Notes: generated from the sequence alone by a model not told the origin. Counted from the first letter of the stretch, positions 26,611-41,030 are shown. The stretch: 62,000 nucleotides of DNA from Chiloscyllium plagiosum (GCF_004010195.1 NC_057718.1:75931843-75993842); one strand, 5' to 3'. A program made the numbers and translations.

Positions 26611-26632
26611 TATATATATATATATATATATA
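26611..26632. repeat. (TA)11 microsatellite
   Basis: Seen directly. Confidence 0.95.
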
Positions 26633-27054
26633 TTCCAGCATTCCCTAAATTTTGTAATTTCCTTTAAGTTTAGAATGGAAGAATAAGCCAGTTTTTACCC
26701 ATCATAATTATAGCCAAGTAAATGCAGCATGCTGATCAATAACGAGAGATTAAAAGTTGGGACAGATTTTATTTTAAATCTTTTAGAAATAGAATTGACT
26801 CTTCAGATTGAATCAAATATCTATTCAGGGCAAGACACAGGATGGTCTGATATTTTCAGAACAGGGCATCAAACTGAAGATCTTGCCTAACTCCGAAAGC
26901 TTGGAAAAGCTGCAATATTTACAAATGAACTAGTGTACGAGAAGCTCAAAGAACGGACCAATCCTACACCCACAGGGAAACTGTTCATCTTCTGAATCAG
27001 TCACAATTAAAACTACAGCAACTGGAGGGAAGCTGGTTTGCAGAACCTGTCCCA

Positions 27055-27073
27055 ACACTGCCCTCTAGTGCTA
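27055..27073 (-). promoter_or_regulatory. Candidate CTCF-binding motif
   Basis: The minus strand reads tagcactagagggcagtgt, close to CCASYAGRKGGCRS, in non-repeat intron sequence. Motif match only. Confidence 0.35.
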
Positions 27074-28035
27074 ATCACCCAACTTGTCTCAAAAGAAATC
27101 ACACTTCAGTTCACAGTATCACAGTTCACCCATCACCAACAATGACTGTTTCCTTTTGTTTGGGGAGCTGGGGGAATGTTGGCGTGAAGTTTGAAAGCAA
27201 ACACTTTTTCTGCTTTTACAGACAGGTTTAATTGACAGAAGTGGATCATTCGTAACCTATGATACCCAATCATATCTTACCAGTACCACTATGATTCTTA
27301 AGAGCATTAAAGACATTCATGAAAATGTAAATTAGTTGTTACAGTCAACATTATAGAACTGAAATGCTTCAAAGGCTGATATGCCCTTTCCATAATACTT
27401 TACTGGAGGTAAACAAGGAATTACTGTCAAGAAAAACACAATCAAATAATTTTATTCAATAAAATTTGCAAATTATTTGGAGGCCACCTAAAAACACTAG
27501 CTTCATAAAAGAACACCATAACTACAGTGCAAGATATTTAACTCCTGCATAATTAAACACCTTAAAATAGGATAGATATATAGATAAGGCAATGCTCCAA
27601 GGAAGCCCACCTTTTGTCATATCTAAAAGGCTTGTATTTAGGATAAATAATTGATGTCAACAGTTGTGTGATAACACCACAATGAAGTATCTGGGCACAT
27701 TTCACTGCTTCAATTGTTCTATAAGAATGTGAGCTATCATACAGTCCCCCTCAGGGTGATGAAGTAGCATCTGTTTTAAGCTTGCACCTGATGAAGTTCA
27801 TACTTTTAACTAATCTGGGGACAGAGATGAATCTCTAAGTGCTTTCTGGTCAGCATTAGTCATTAACCACTTGGCATCAAGTAGTCATTCCTTCCAAGGA
27901 CTTCCATGAAATGTCAGGTGATTTGACTCAAAGGGTCAAGCCTTCAAACAATAATTTGAATTGAATCCCTCTATGGACCCCACACCAGCTAATGTAATTC
28001 AAGGTGACTGGTACAGCAAAGTATTTTACTTGGTA

Positions 28036-30285
28036 AGGGGCCATACTGGATCTGGTGTTGGGGAATGAGCCCGACCAGGTGGCTGAAGTTTCAGTAGGGG
28101 ATTACTTTGGGAGGAGTGGTCACAATTCTTTAGAACACTCATGGACAAAGACGAGAGTGGTCCTAAAAGAAGAGTGCTAAATTGGGGGAAGGCTAACTAT
28201 AGCAAAATTCGGCAGGAGCGGAGGAACGTGGATTAGGAGCAGCTATTTGTTGGTAAATCCACATTTGATATGTGGGAGGCTTTTAAAGTGACATTGATTA
28301 GAATGCAGGAGAGACATGTTCCTATGAAAATGAGGGACAGAATTGGCAAGGTTAGGGAACCATGGATGACAGGTGAAATTGTGAAACTAGCTAAGAAGAA
28401 AAAGGAAGCATACATAAGGTCTAGGTGACTGAAGACAAAGTTTTAGAAGAATGTTGGTAATAATAGGACCAATCTGAAACTAGGAACTAAGAGGGATAAA
28501 AGGTGTCATGAAATATCTTTAGCAAACAGAATAAAGGAAAATCCCAAAGTCTTTTATTCATATGTAAGGAGCAAGAGGGTAACTAGAGAAAGGGTTGGCC
28601 CACTCAAGGACAAAGGAGGAAGGTTATGTGTGGAGTCACAGAAAATCAGTGAGATTCTTAACAAGTACTTTGCATTGGTATTCACCAAGGAGGGGGACAT
28701 GACAGATGTTGAGGTTAGGGATAGATGTTTGATTAATCTCATGTCGACACAAGGAGGGAGGAAGTGTTGGATATTCTAAAAGGTATTAAGGTGGACAAGT
28801 CCCCAGGTGTGAATGGGATCTATCCCAGGTTACTAAGGGAAGTGGGAGAGGAAATAGCTGGGGCCTTAATAGATATCTTGCAGCATCCTTGAACAGGGGT
28901 GAGGTCCAGGAGGACTGAAGAGTTGCTCTTGTTTAAAGGTAGTAGGGATAATCCGGGTAATTATAGACCGGAGAGCCTGATGTCAGTGGTAGGGAAGCTG
29001 CTGGAGAAGATACTGAGGGGTAGGATCTATTTCCATTTGGGAGAAAATGGGCTTATCAGTGATAGGCAACATGGTTTTGTGCAGGGAAGGTCGTGTCTCA
29101 TCAACTTCTTTGAGGAAGTAACAAAGTTGATTGAGGGAAGGACTGTAGGTGTCATATACATGGACTTTAGTAAGGCGTTTGATAAGGTTGCCCATGACAG
29201 GCTAATGGAGAAAGTGAAGTCACATGGGGTCCAGAGTGTACTAGCTAGATGGACAAAGAACTGGCTGGGCAACAGGACAGAGACAGTAGTAATGTAAGGG
29301 AGTTTCTCAAAATGGAGAACTGTGACCAGTGGTGTTCCACAGGGGTCTGTGTTAGGACCACTACTACTTGTGATATACATTCATGATTTGGAGGAAGGTA
29401 TAGGTGGTCTGATTAGCAAGTTTACAGATGACACTAAGATTGGTGGAGTAGCAGATAGTGAAGGGGACTGTCAGAGAATACAGCAGGAGATCGATAGAAG
29501 AATTGGGCAGAGAAATGGTTGATTGAATTCAATCCGGGCAAATGTGAGATGATGCATTTGCAAGATACAATTTAAGAGCTAGCTATACAGTAAATGGAAA
29601 GGTCCTGGGGAAAATTGATGTACAGAGAGATCTGGGTGTTTAGGTCCACTGTACTCTGAAGGTGGCAACTCAGGTCAATAGGAGTGGTCAAGAGGGATAC
29701 GGTTGGGAATACTGAGTACAAGAGTTGGCAGGTCATGTTGCAGTTGTATAAGACTTTGGTTTGGAATACGGTGTACAGTTCTGGTCGCCACATTACCAAA
29801 AGGATGTGCATGCTTTGGAGGCAGTGCAGGGGAGGGTTCACCAAGATGTTGCCTGTATGTAGGGCACTGGCTATGAAGAGAGGTTGAGTAGATTAGGATT
29901 ATTTTCATTAGGACCTGATTGAGGTCTACAAAATCATGAGATATATAGACAGGGTGAATAGCAAGAAGCTTTTTCAGAGAGTGGGGGACTCAATTACTAG
30001 GGATCACGAGTTCAAAGTGAGAGGGGAAAAGTTTATGGGGGAGATGTACGTGGCACATACTCTATGCAGAGGGTGGTGGATGCCTAGAACATGTTGCCAA
30101 TGGAGGTGGTAGAGGCAGGCACAATAGCATCATTTAAGATGTGTCTAGACAGATACATGAGTGGGCAGAGAGCAGAGGGATACTGATCCTGAGAAAATAG
30201 GCAACAGATTTAGATAGAGGATCTGGATCGATGCAGGCTTGGAGGGCCGAAGGGCCTGTTCCTGTGCTGAACTTTTCTTTGTTCC
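28036..30285 (+). mobile_element. CR1 LINE, 5'-truncated, degenerate ORF2 and 3' UTR
   Basis: Motifs ILDLVLGNEP, PGNYRP, QHGFVQGRSCL, YMDFSKAFDKV, GVPQGSVLGPLL and FTDDTK. Confidence 0.92.
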
Positions 30286-30359
30286 TTGGGGAGACCATTT
30301 CCCCAGTAACACATGGAAACAACCTTCAGATAATCACACTTTAAATGTAACTCTCATTT

Positions 30360-30562
30360 AAATCAGAAGTCACACGACACCAGGTTATAGTCCAACAGGT
30401 TTATTTGAAATCACAAGCTTTCAGAGAGTTGCTACTACTTCACCTGATGAAGGGTCAGTGCTCAGAAAACTTGATTTCAAATAAACCTTTTGGATTATAA
30501 CAGAGTCATGTGACTTCTGATTTTATCCAGCCCAGTCTAACACGGGCACCTCCAAATCATGG
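30360..30562. mobile_element. Fold-back element, family C, with a hammerhead-like core
   Basis: 30360-30440 pairs with 30442-30524. ctgatga lies at 30444, followed by a decayed helix and gaaa; the tail is asymmetric. Confidence 0.7.
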
Positions 30563-30745
30563 CTGACATTTAATGCTACTGATCTTAAGCATTTTCAGAG
30601 AAGCATTCCATGTTCCATAAACAGCAGTGTAACAAGTAATTATGCAAATGGTTGGCAACTTTGATCCAGAGTAATTAATGTCAAGCAAAATGACATTCAA
30701 CAAATTACAAAAACCCTCCTAGACTCAAATCCAAAACTTAAGATT

Positions 30746-31859
30746 AGAGTGGTGCTGGAAAAGCACAGTAGGTCAGGTAGCATCCGAGAAGCAGGAAAAA
30801 GAAATCGATGTTTTGTGCAGGAGTCCTTGGCGGGGGGGTGGCAACGGTGTTGGAGAGATAAATGGGAGACGGTGGGGCTGGGGAGAAGGTAGTTGAGTGT
30901 GCAATAGGTAGATGGAAGTGGGTGTAAAAGTGATAGATCGGAGAGCAGGGTGGAGCGGATGGATGGTAAGGAACATTGACAAGTGGGACAGGTCATGAGG
31001 ATGGTGCTGAGGTGGAGGTTTGGAACTGGAGTAAGGTGGGAGGAGAGGAAATGAGGAAACTGGTGAAGTCCACGATGATGCCCTGGGGTTGAAGCGTTCT
31101 GAGGTGGAAGATGAAGCGTTCTTCCTCCAGGCATCAGATGGCGAGAGAGTGGCGGTGCAGGAGGTCCAGGACCTGCATATACTCGGCAGAGTGGGAGGGG
31201 GAGCTGAAATGTTCGGCCACAGGGCAGTGGGGTTGATTGGTGCGGGTGTCCCAGAGATGTTCCCTAAAGCGCTCTGCGAGAAGGTGTCCAGTCTCCCCAA
31301 TGTAAAGGGGGCTGTATTGGGAGCAACGGATACAGTAAATGACATTGGTGCAAGTGCAGGTGAAACTTTGATGGATGTGGAAGGCTCCTTTGGGGCCTTG
31401 GATGGAGGTTGGGGGGGCGTGAAAGAGAGGTGTGCAATTCCTGCAGTGGCAGGGGAAGGTGCCAGGATGTGAGGGTGGGTTGTTGGGAGGCGTGGACCTG
31501 ATCAGGTAGTCACGGAGGGAACAATCTTTGCAGAAAGTAGATGGGGGTGGGGATGGAAATAAAACCCTGGTTGTGGGGTGCATTTGTAGGTGGCAGAAAT
31601 GTCGGTGGATGATGCAGTTTATGCAGAGGTTGCTGGGGTGGATGGTGAGGACCGGGGGAGTTCTGTCCTTGTTGCGGTTGGAGGGGTGGGGTTCGAGGGC
31701 GGAAATGCGGGAAGTGGAAATGCGGGAAGTGGATATGCGTTGGAGGAGAAATTACAATCTTTAAAGAAGGAGGTCACCTGATGTGTTCTGTGGTGGAACT
31801 GGCCCTCCTGGGAGCAAATACGGTGGAATTGGGAATACGGGATAGCATTTTTGCAGGAT
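30746..31859 (-). mobile_element. Penelope-like retroelement 3' portion with GIY-YIG endonuclease
   Basis: ORF 31134-31583 contains FTCTCTNVIYCIRCSQYSPLYIGETG...RFREH...PVAEHF; the terminal repeat is at 30746-30830. Confidence 0.9.
31701..31739 (+). repeat. 15-bp tandem repeat (ggaaatgcgggaagt) x2.6 within the PLE
   Basis: Seen directly. Confidence 0.85.
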
Positions 31860-32443
31860 CTTTGCAAATTCAGAAAACTGCCTCCTACCATTCTTTTCAT
31901 GACAGTCCCATTTTGTTTAGGCAGAGGATATGCACGTTATAGAATAATTAACTTGATCAATAATCTGTAGAATATAATGTTTGTTTTTCCAATTTTGAAT
32001 CATTCCTATACTTCTGCAATTCAACCAAACATCAGAACACAAAGACCGAATCAAGTTGCCACCCACACTCCTAGCCTCTGGAATCTTGCACAAAGTAGCA
32101 CCAATGAATTAAACAGGAGAAGGCACAAAGTACCAAAGTTAACATTTAAGGGTTTGCCAGACTTCAGCACCGAGAAAGAGACACCAGGGCATAGCAATTA
32201 GCAGCTGTGCACCCAGTATCAGTATGTCAGCAATCATCAGAAAGGTGAAGGAGCAGAATCCCAAAGGGAACACAAGGAAATAAGAGGGAAAGTGCAAAAG
32301 AACATGGACTTAAGAGGAAATGGAAGAGAGAGACACAGCAAGAGAACAGCAGAGAAAGAGACAGACAGAAAAAAAACAAGGACGAGGAAGATCCAGGGAG
32401 AGAAAGAAGATAGTGAAGTACAGCCCTATGGCATAGAACTCAC

Positions 32444-32823
<380 letters not shown>

Positions 32824-33368
32824 TTAAAATGAGTTTCTCCACTTTGTAGAGTTAAAGATTGATACAGCAGAGAAGACCATGCAGCCCAGGATGGGATAAG
32901 GAAACCATTTTTGACATCTTTTTCATTGGTGTACACGAGTCAGTTTCACGGTAAATTATTTTTCTTCTGCCCATGCTCTCCCTTTGTTGCCCATGCACCT
33001 CAGAAAGATAGTGCAACCTGTTAATGGCCATCCTCAGTCAAGCCAATTGTCCAAACTGTACAATTTCAACCTCGGGGTGATGGCCGTTTTGTGAGCAGGG
33101 CCTGAATTACACAAATGGAATTTTGGAGGAGACTAAAACATCTCCAGGAATTTTGGGTGGATTACTTAAAATTTCCCTTTTTGCGTCTGTGGTTTTGCCC
33201 AGAAAGTGTTGATATCGATGGCATAAATAAACACAACAACCCACTTCAGGCACTTTAATCACCTTCCAAACTCATTACTCCTTGCTTTTCATTAAAAGGG
33301 TAATAGGCGGGTCTTTGTTACTTTTCGATTGCATGCACTCAAGTTGACATTTCATAGGAATTGTGTAC

Positions 33369-33424
33369 CTTCTACAATCCTTTCATCGATGTCCTGGCCT
33401 GTTCCATATGATTCTGTCAAGTAC
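33369..33424 (-). CDS. MYO6: MYO6 exon 7 equivalent, (R)YLTESYGTGQDIDERIVE(A)
   Basis: 56 nt; ctgcag acceptor, gtacac donor. Confidence 0.95.
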
Positions 33425-33731
33425 CTGCAGAATGGAACCAGGAATAAAGTAATCGAGTGCTTCCTTGCAATATCTGGGTTAACATCAGGAACCGAAAAAG
33501 GGGCAGATAGTTCCTGCGAATATTCTGCTAACTCCACATACAGTACCACAACTAACTCAAATGAGATATTCATCGCAAGAAATAGAGATGGGATGGGGAC
33601 ATGCTCCATGAGACTGAGTGTGGGCAGCAGTGTGGATGAGGACAAGCATGGCAGGGGGTGGGGTAGAGGGGGGTGTCAAAAGAGTGCTCCGTGGTGAAAG
33701 GGAGAGCATGGCATGAGAGATTTATACATAC

Positions 33732-33837
33732 CGAAGAACAAACTTGGTATTTTCTGTTTTGCCAGCACCCGATTCCCCTGATACAATAATGGACTGGCTT
33801 AGTTTATGCACCTTCATATCACGGTAAGCTTTGTCAG
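33732..33837 (-). CDS. MYO6: MYO6 exon 6 equivalent with P-loop, (A)[34 protein letters not shown](R)
   Basis: 106 nt; cttag acceptor, gtatgt donor; GESGAGKT P-loop. Confidence 0.97.
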
Positions 33838-34621
33838 CTAAGAGTTGGGATTAAACAGAGAGTTAAAGACAGGAGTATCACCTCATCATAAAAGGTTACC
33901 AATTTCTGCAAGAATATCACATTTCAATGAATTATTTCCATCAGATAAAACAAAAAAAATTTGAGTTGTGCAAAATTCATGAAGAATAATAAACCATTTT
34001 CTGAAACATGATTTAAAGTCTCATTTTCAAGACTCAACCAAAAACAAATTTCTTGGCAAAATAGAATGTAACTTGAACCCTTTCAGCTGCAAAGAAGTTA
34101 GTTCTCTAACAGATTTGTTTTGTGGTACAGCTGATTTGTAATTCAGCAATGTTTGGACCGACCATACACTATGTCAAACACTGTACAAGAATATTTAACT
34201 TATTATTTTTAAAGGGCTGATATTTTACGGAGGTAATAATATATTGAGGGGCTCCAGCACATGCCATGAATCATATTGTATTATATTGTATTGTAACCTC
34301 CTGGCCTTAACTGCATCATTAAAGGAGCAAACAGAGAGAACGAATGAGCGCAGCGTTAATCCCAAAATCATCTTTCAATTACAGAGACGGATACAAAGCT
34401 AAGGTTTCACATTCCTTCATCTCAAAGAATTTAACATATGGTGGCCAGATAATGTTGTACTGCAAACATAGTGCATCTTTTTGCATTATGTAATACTCCA
34501 TTACTCTTCAAAACTCTGAGCATATCGCATAAAAAGTTGAAGGAGAAAACTTATCTTAGCATATTGCACAAACGATAAGTTTCAATGCTAATGTGTGACC
34601 AGGCATTATCAAATTACTCAC

Positions 34622-34751
34622 CAATAGCATAGACATGTGGTGGCAGAGTGCCCAAGGACTTTCCTTTGTACTTCTTAATGGAGTCCGATGAGTACAATTT
34701 CGGTATGTCAAAGTACGGGTTCACTGCTATAAGAATGTTAGCTACATAAGT
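34622..34751 (-). CDS. MYO6: MYO6 exon 5 equivalent, [43 protein letters not shown](A)
   Basis: 130 nt; ttgcag acceptor, gtgagt donor; VNPY and PPH motifs (ORF 34614-34799). Confidence 0.97.
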
Positions 34752-35177
34752 CTGCAAAGGTAACACAGAATAAGGCACATGAACTATATTGAAAAGCACT
34801 CGAGCATTGATTTTTAACTGTCAGAACTCAGTGAATCTAGCTAGTCTTCCTTCATCAAAATGCCAGTTGGACATTTGAAAGAGATTCAAAATTCCCAGGA
34901 ATACAATAAAGTCAGTTAGTTGAATCCCAATCTCTCAATATTACAAAAAGAGATATCTCCAAATTAAGTCTTTCAACATATATCTGCCATTCCTATTTGT
35001 TACCACAGTATAATATTAGCTAAAGATCCCCAGGTATGAGACATTTTCTGTAGAGCTCCCCCATGTGGAAGATAAATAGCAATGGTGCCCTCAGCATCAT
35101 CATTTGTTGACAAAGTCACAAGCTCCTTTCTAAGTATCATTCATCAAAGAGATCTCTCACAATGTGTTTCCAAACTG

Positions 35178-35232
35178 CTTTGTACAATATTTTACTTCAA
35201 ACAATAGATTTGGAGTAAAATATTGTACAAAG
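35178..35232. repeat. Inverted repeat: 24-bp arms (one mismatch), 7-nt loop
   Basis: ctttgtacaatattttacttcaaa / tttggagtaaaatattgtacaaag. Confidence 0.95.
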
Positions 35233-37329
35233 TGCATTAGAAAAACAGTAGTTCAGCAATATACAGAAAATCTGTCTTTATAACATATGACATTTCAGAA
35301 CAGTTACAGAAAGAGAATCTAAAAGATATAAAGAAAGATTGGTTCAAAGGGTACAAAACCAGGAGATACAAGCTGGAAATAAAATCATAAATTTAGTTGA
35401 AATTTCTAAAGAATTATCATTTGCCAGAATGATACTAACTGTTTAAATTACCTTTCTTTTTGGTCTGAAGAGATGTTTTAGTGTTGCACAGTGAATTACC
35501 ATATTATTATGTGGCTGCACATGCTATTTATTCTGAGTCCTCGTAAGGCTACGTCTTTTCAGAACACCAGAATGTTAGCAATATGCACTGTGTGTGAATT
35601 GGAAAGACCCAATCCTTTGATAGTGTGATCAATAACTGCGGACGTACATTTAATAGGATTAGTGAAAAGATAAATGGGAAATTTAGCTGTAATTCTCTCG
35701 CTCAGAGTACGGTAAGAGTCTAATTTATTCTTCCTGCAAGAAAATTTTTTTTTCACATTTACATAAATACTTAGGACATGCACTTATGGTGCCATCATCT
35801 CCAAGGCCTCAGACCAGGAGCTGGGAAGTGAGATTAGAATGACTGTTTATGGCAGGTACAGATGTATGACGGGTTAAATAGCCTCTTCCTGTGCTACAAA
35901 TTTTTATCCATTTCATGCTATTAGCAATGTGTGCAAATCAAGCAGTAAAATCAAGGGATGAAGGGATAGATTGTGTGAGGCAAACCTCCAGAACCTGCTC
36001 ATCAATTCACACTGCTCAGTTAACACAAATGTTATCTCTCCCTTAACCTGTTTTCTTAACTTTTTTCCTCAATTTTCATATTAATTGGACATTTCACCAT
36101 ATGAATGAGGTAACAGCATGAGCATCCTCTTTATTTAGTTGATCATGTAATATTAAAACCATTCAGGCCAGAAAGGAGTATTTTAAACAATTTAGTATCA
36201 ATCTGGTAAATGAAAAATAGCTAGAAGTTTTTAAGAACTTCAAATTTATCATATTTTCTTACTTTCCTATCTTTGTTCTCTCAATCTTTCCTTCCCTTCT
36301 TGGATTCTTTTTCTGTTAGTGATCAGACTCTTATTTAATCTTCCATCTCCATTATTCCTGTTTTGTTCTAAATACTCAAGTCTCATTGGTTAATGAGGTC
36401 ATGGCTGATCCTGTCCCTCATCAAGGCTCCAGGTAGCCTATCATACTCACTGCCTCATCACCAATTTACACTTTAAACAAGATATGTTTAAAATTAGATT
36501 CAAGCAGGAAGAGGACAAAAAAAGTGCCAAGTGGCATATACTCCAAAAGCAAGATAGGAACCCAGCGCAAAATTCAATCTGCCTGCTACTAGTGATGACC
36601 AAAGATACTGGTACGTTTAAGGGGGATCACTAACCAAGGTGGACTAAGGTAGAAAATTCACAGCAAATCATTTCAGCATAATATTTTAGGCAGCAGAATG
36701 GCTGAGATAGCATTCAATAGTGATAACTTGTATTATTTTATTTATATTTCTCCGTAATTAAACCCAAGTGGCCGGAGACACTTCCAAAATAGTTAAGCAT
36801 TCTCTCCTCCATCCAAAGAGACCTTTACCATCAATATACGGATACATCCTTTAATACCTCAGACTGGACTGGTAGTTTAGTGCATCTGTCAGTAACTGAC
36901 ATCAAGATTTTAGGAGTTAGATGTCAGGACAATGTGGCTGTTAACTGTACTTTGTCAAGCTTGACTGCCAAATTAGACAGACATTTGTTCATGCAAGTTG
37001 CATCACTAACAAATAAGCACACATGATAACTATACGCGTTGGTCATCATGAAATTTAATTTGAAATTTATTTTTGATTGTTGTACAAAATAGCAGTTATT
37101 CATTTTGGAAAATGAAGCAACAAATGTACACTAAAGTGTGTTTTGTTGCGCAATGGAGCTGGATAATCAGTACATTATTCCCATCACAGTTGTAACATGC
37201 TCCGCCTGACGCTGCTCACATAACAGTTGCTGGTTTTCAGCCTATTGATGCATTTCACATGACATCAACAGATACCTGAAGATGCTGGACTCAGCAAAGA
37301 CTAGAGACCTTGCCAACACTCCAGCAATT

Positions 37330-38285
37330 TTACTGAAAAAAATATTCCAGAAGTAGCCATGTCCCTAGACAAGCTGTTCCAGTACAATTATTACACTGGC
37401 TTCTATCCAACAATGTTGAAAATCACCTAGTGTGGCCAGTCCACAAAAAGTAGACCAAATCCTACCTGGCCAAAAAACATCCTGTCAGCTTACTGTGGGT
37501 CATCAGTGTGGTGGAAGGGATTGTCAAAAATACTATCCAGCAGCACTTGCTCAGCAATAACCTGCACACTGATGCTCAGTTTTGGTTCTGCCAGGGTCAC
37601 TCATTTCCTGGCCTCATTGCAGCTTGATCCAAACATGGACAAAAGTATTGAACTCCATTGGTGAAATAAGTGTGACTGCCATTGACCAAATATGACATCA
37701 AGAAACCTAACAAAGCTGGAGTCATTGGCAATCAGGAGAAATACTCTCCAATTGTCATACATGGCTGTGGTTGTTGGAGATCTCAACTCATCTCAACTTC
37801 AGAACTGCTCTGGATAGTGCCCTAGACTTAACCATCTTCAGGTGCTTCATCAATGACCTCACCCCCATCTTAAGTTTGGAAATAGGGATATTCACTGAAC
37901 CTTGCAATGTTCAACACTATTCATGACACCTCAGATACTGAAGCAGACCATGCCCAAATACAGCAATTCTGGCAAGATCAAACTCGGGCTGACAAGAGAC
38001 AGGTGACTTTAGCATCACACAAGAACCAACAATGAACATTGCCTATAAAAGAAAATCTAACCATCCGATTCCCCTACTAACATCATCATGGGGGTTACCG
38101 TGAAACTTGAAATGGACTTGAAACAGTCATATAAATACCATAGCTACAATGGCAGGGTCGAGACTAGGAATTTTGTAGCGTATAATTCACTTTTATCTCT
38201 TCAAAGCCTGTCTGCTATCTACAAGGCACAATGAGGGTGATGGAATACTCCCCACTTGCCTGGATAAGGGCAGCCTTAATAACCG
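37330..38285 (+). mobile_element. Old CR1/L2-type LINE RT remnant
   Basis: Degenerate RT-like motifs; antiparallel homology to the relics at 57805-62000. Confidence 0.6.
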
Positions 38286-39364
38286 TCTGTTTCCCTCAGT
38301 TCCTCTTCAGATCTAAAGATCTTCTTGGGTGAAATGGAGGAGTTAATAAAAGAAACTAGCACTGAATGTGCTGGCTTCAAACATCCACCTTCTTTTCACG
38401 TGGAATACAAGTTATCTTTTTAAACCAAAATTAAATCATCTCCAGCACACTTTAACCCACTTAAGTGAGTTTATGGGGAAATTAATCCAGACATTTTGCT
38501 TCAACCAAAAGGTCACTGCTGCCAACATTGCCCTTCCTATAAGTTTAAACATTGAATAGCTTTTTCACAGCTACATTTAACTTAAAACTTACAGTAAACA
38601 TTTTAAATGCTGAAACTGTGCCACAAAGTAATACACAAATTGAAGCACTATTTTAAAACCAGATGTGAATAAGAGTTCTCTGCTACTGAAGAGAAACACA
38701 CACAACTCCTAAGAATAGATTTGTTATTCATTAGTGACTTGCTTGCTTAATTTCAAAATGATATTTTATCATTCAATGCATATTTAAAAAGAAATACATA
38801 TTCAAATTGTCATGTCCAGTTAAATGGTCCAGTCTATGTGCTGCCCACCAATGGCTGAAAACTGGAATTAACAATCATACGAAAGAACTGAGAGACTGAA
38901 TATACATGGGGCCAAACAAGATGCACTGTGTGTAAGAGTTGAAGTATCTGCAAATACTATGGATTTCCTGTGCTCTACAGCAGTGTAGGTGGTAAGGGAC
39001 TTCCATGTCATTTCAAGAGACCTAATTAAGCAACATTATACCAAAACAAGGAACCTAATGAATTCCTCTCCATAAAAGATTTCTTGAGTGTATTGTAAAT
39101 GCAGCCACTGCCTGCATTTCAAGTAACAGAGATAAATTATAGTGACAATGAGCCTTTTACTAATCCAGTAAAGTATGCTACACAACTGTGGCTAGTTACA
39201 CTGTATATAAAGCATTCAGCAGTTTTGAAGACTGCCTGTGTTGCAGCATTTGCAGGTGAAATTCAGTAAAGAAAACAGTGATCCCAGTTCTGGCACCTGA
39301 ATTTAGGAAACTTATCAGTACAATAAAAGCACAGGATAAATTAACAGGCCTTAAAATTCAAGGC

Positions 39365-39465
39365 AAAAACAAAATTGCTGCAAAAATCAGCAAGCCTGGT
39401 AGCATCTGTGCAGAGAAAGCAGAGAAAGCTGAGTTAATGTTTTGAGTACAGTGACTCTTCAGAAC
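39365..39465 (-). mobile_element. Solo PLE terminal-repeat half (family A); a second copy lies at ~39922-40012
   Basis: Reverse complement of 3492-3590; ends at the hammerhead 5' boundary (cttcagaac). Confidence 0.6.
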
Positions 39466-39482
39466 TTTGGATTGTTTTTGTT

Positions 39483-41030
39483 AAAATCCCCTGAACCTGA
39501 TGGGTTGCATCCTCAGATTCAAGAGTTATTTAATCAGATACTGGGTTTTGACCCTCAGAATTCCCAAACTTCTTTAACAGATACTTTGAAATTAGAGTTA
39601 ACATCTTCACAACTCAATAAAGAACGAGAGAGAGAATACAGCAAAATATCCACCAAATTGGGAAAATGCTAGACCCATTAGTCAGGGTAAGAGAGTAGTC
39701 GGAGAATCTCAAATTGATTCGGCAGAGCCAGCATACATTTATGAAAGGGAACTAATGTTTGATAATTTGGTTATGAGTTTTTTTCGGATGCATCCACTAC
39801 GATGGAAAAGAGGAAATCAGATGTTGTGTGGGTGGGTTTTCAGAAACTATAATTTCAATAATTTCAAGAGGTCATTAGACAGAGTTAGAGCTCAAAAGAA
39901 TATAGATAATATATCCAGCAACAAAACTGGAAATTGCTGGAGAAACTCAAAAAGAATCAGCAGCTCTATGGGAAGAAAGCATAGTTAACGTTTCAAGTCT
40001 AGTGACTCCTCTCTCTGACAGCTAACATATACAGATAAGTTAAAGATTGATTAAAGAGAAAGTAGGAGTAATCAGTTCAGTTTTGTGTTAGCAAACAATA
40101 ACTGTTGGGCTCCGAAGAAGGGTCAGTACTTGGGCCTCAGCAATTAACACTATCTCAATTGCCTAGACAAGGTGACTGAGTGCAAATTAATCCAAGTCTG
40201 CTGATGTTACAAATTTAGATAGGAAAGTGAATCATGCAGAGAGCAAAGACGCTAACAAAAGATTTAAGCAGCAAGTCGGTACTAACAGGGTAGAGAGATA
40301 ATGTGGAATTTCCATTTTGGAAAGCATGGCAACAACTAGGAAAGCAAATTATTATTATATGGGCAGTAGGTTAGCTGCCATCATCTCCTTAGGGTAGGGA
40401 GCTGTAGAATCCACTAGATCTGATGTGGTCAAGGAAAACAAGCTGCAATTTATTCAACATGAGAATTACAAGCTATACCAATATGATACACATCATTACA
40501 AAGATGAGAACTTGAATGATACATCTTACTCCAAGATTCTGAACTGTCCTCCTACCAGGGACTTCATCCTAGATGCTTAAAGCATTCCTCAATATATTAG
40601 CCATGGAAGGAATGTATCACTGGTTCAACAGATTGAACAATTCCCTCATCCAAGGAGTCAATGAGTAGAGTGAGCTTATTTTGTCCTCGAATTTAAAACA
40701 AGAGATGGTCTCAATAAAACACAGTTTAAGTAGTTTGACAGAATGGAAGCTGTACGAATGGTTTCCCTGTCTAGGAATCCAGAACAAGGGGTCAGCTATT
40801 TAAGAGGAGAAATTTCCTCAAAATATTGCGAATCTATGTAATTCTCGATTCAAAATGGCAGTACATGCTCAGTCTTTGAAAATATTCAGTACAAGGATTA
40901 ATAAATTTTAGGATAATATCTAAATGAAGGGATCTAGAAATATGTAGGAGTTGAGATCAAAAATCAGCAATAAATCACATTTAATGGTAAAGCATGCTTA
41001 AAGTATTGAATGGGTTATTTCAGCTTTAAG
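39483..41030 (+). mobile_element. Highly degenerate CR1 RT and 3' remnants
   Basis: KSPEPDGLHP and scattered RT-like motifs. Confidence 0.55.
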
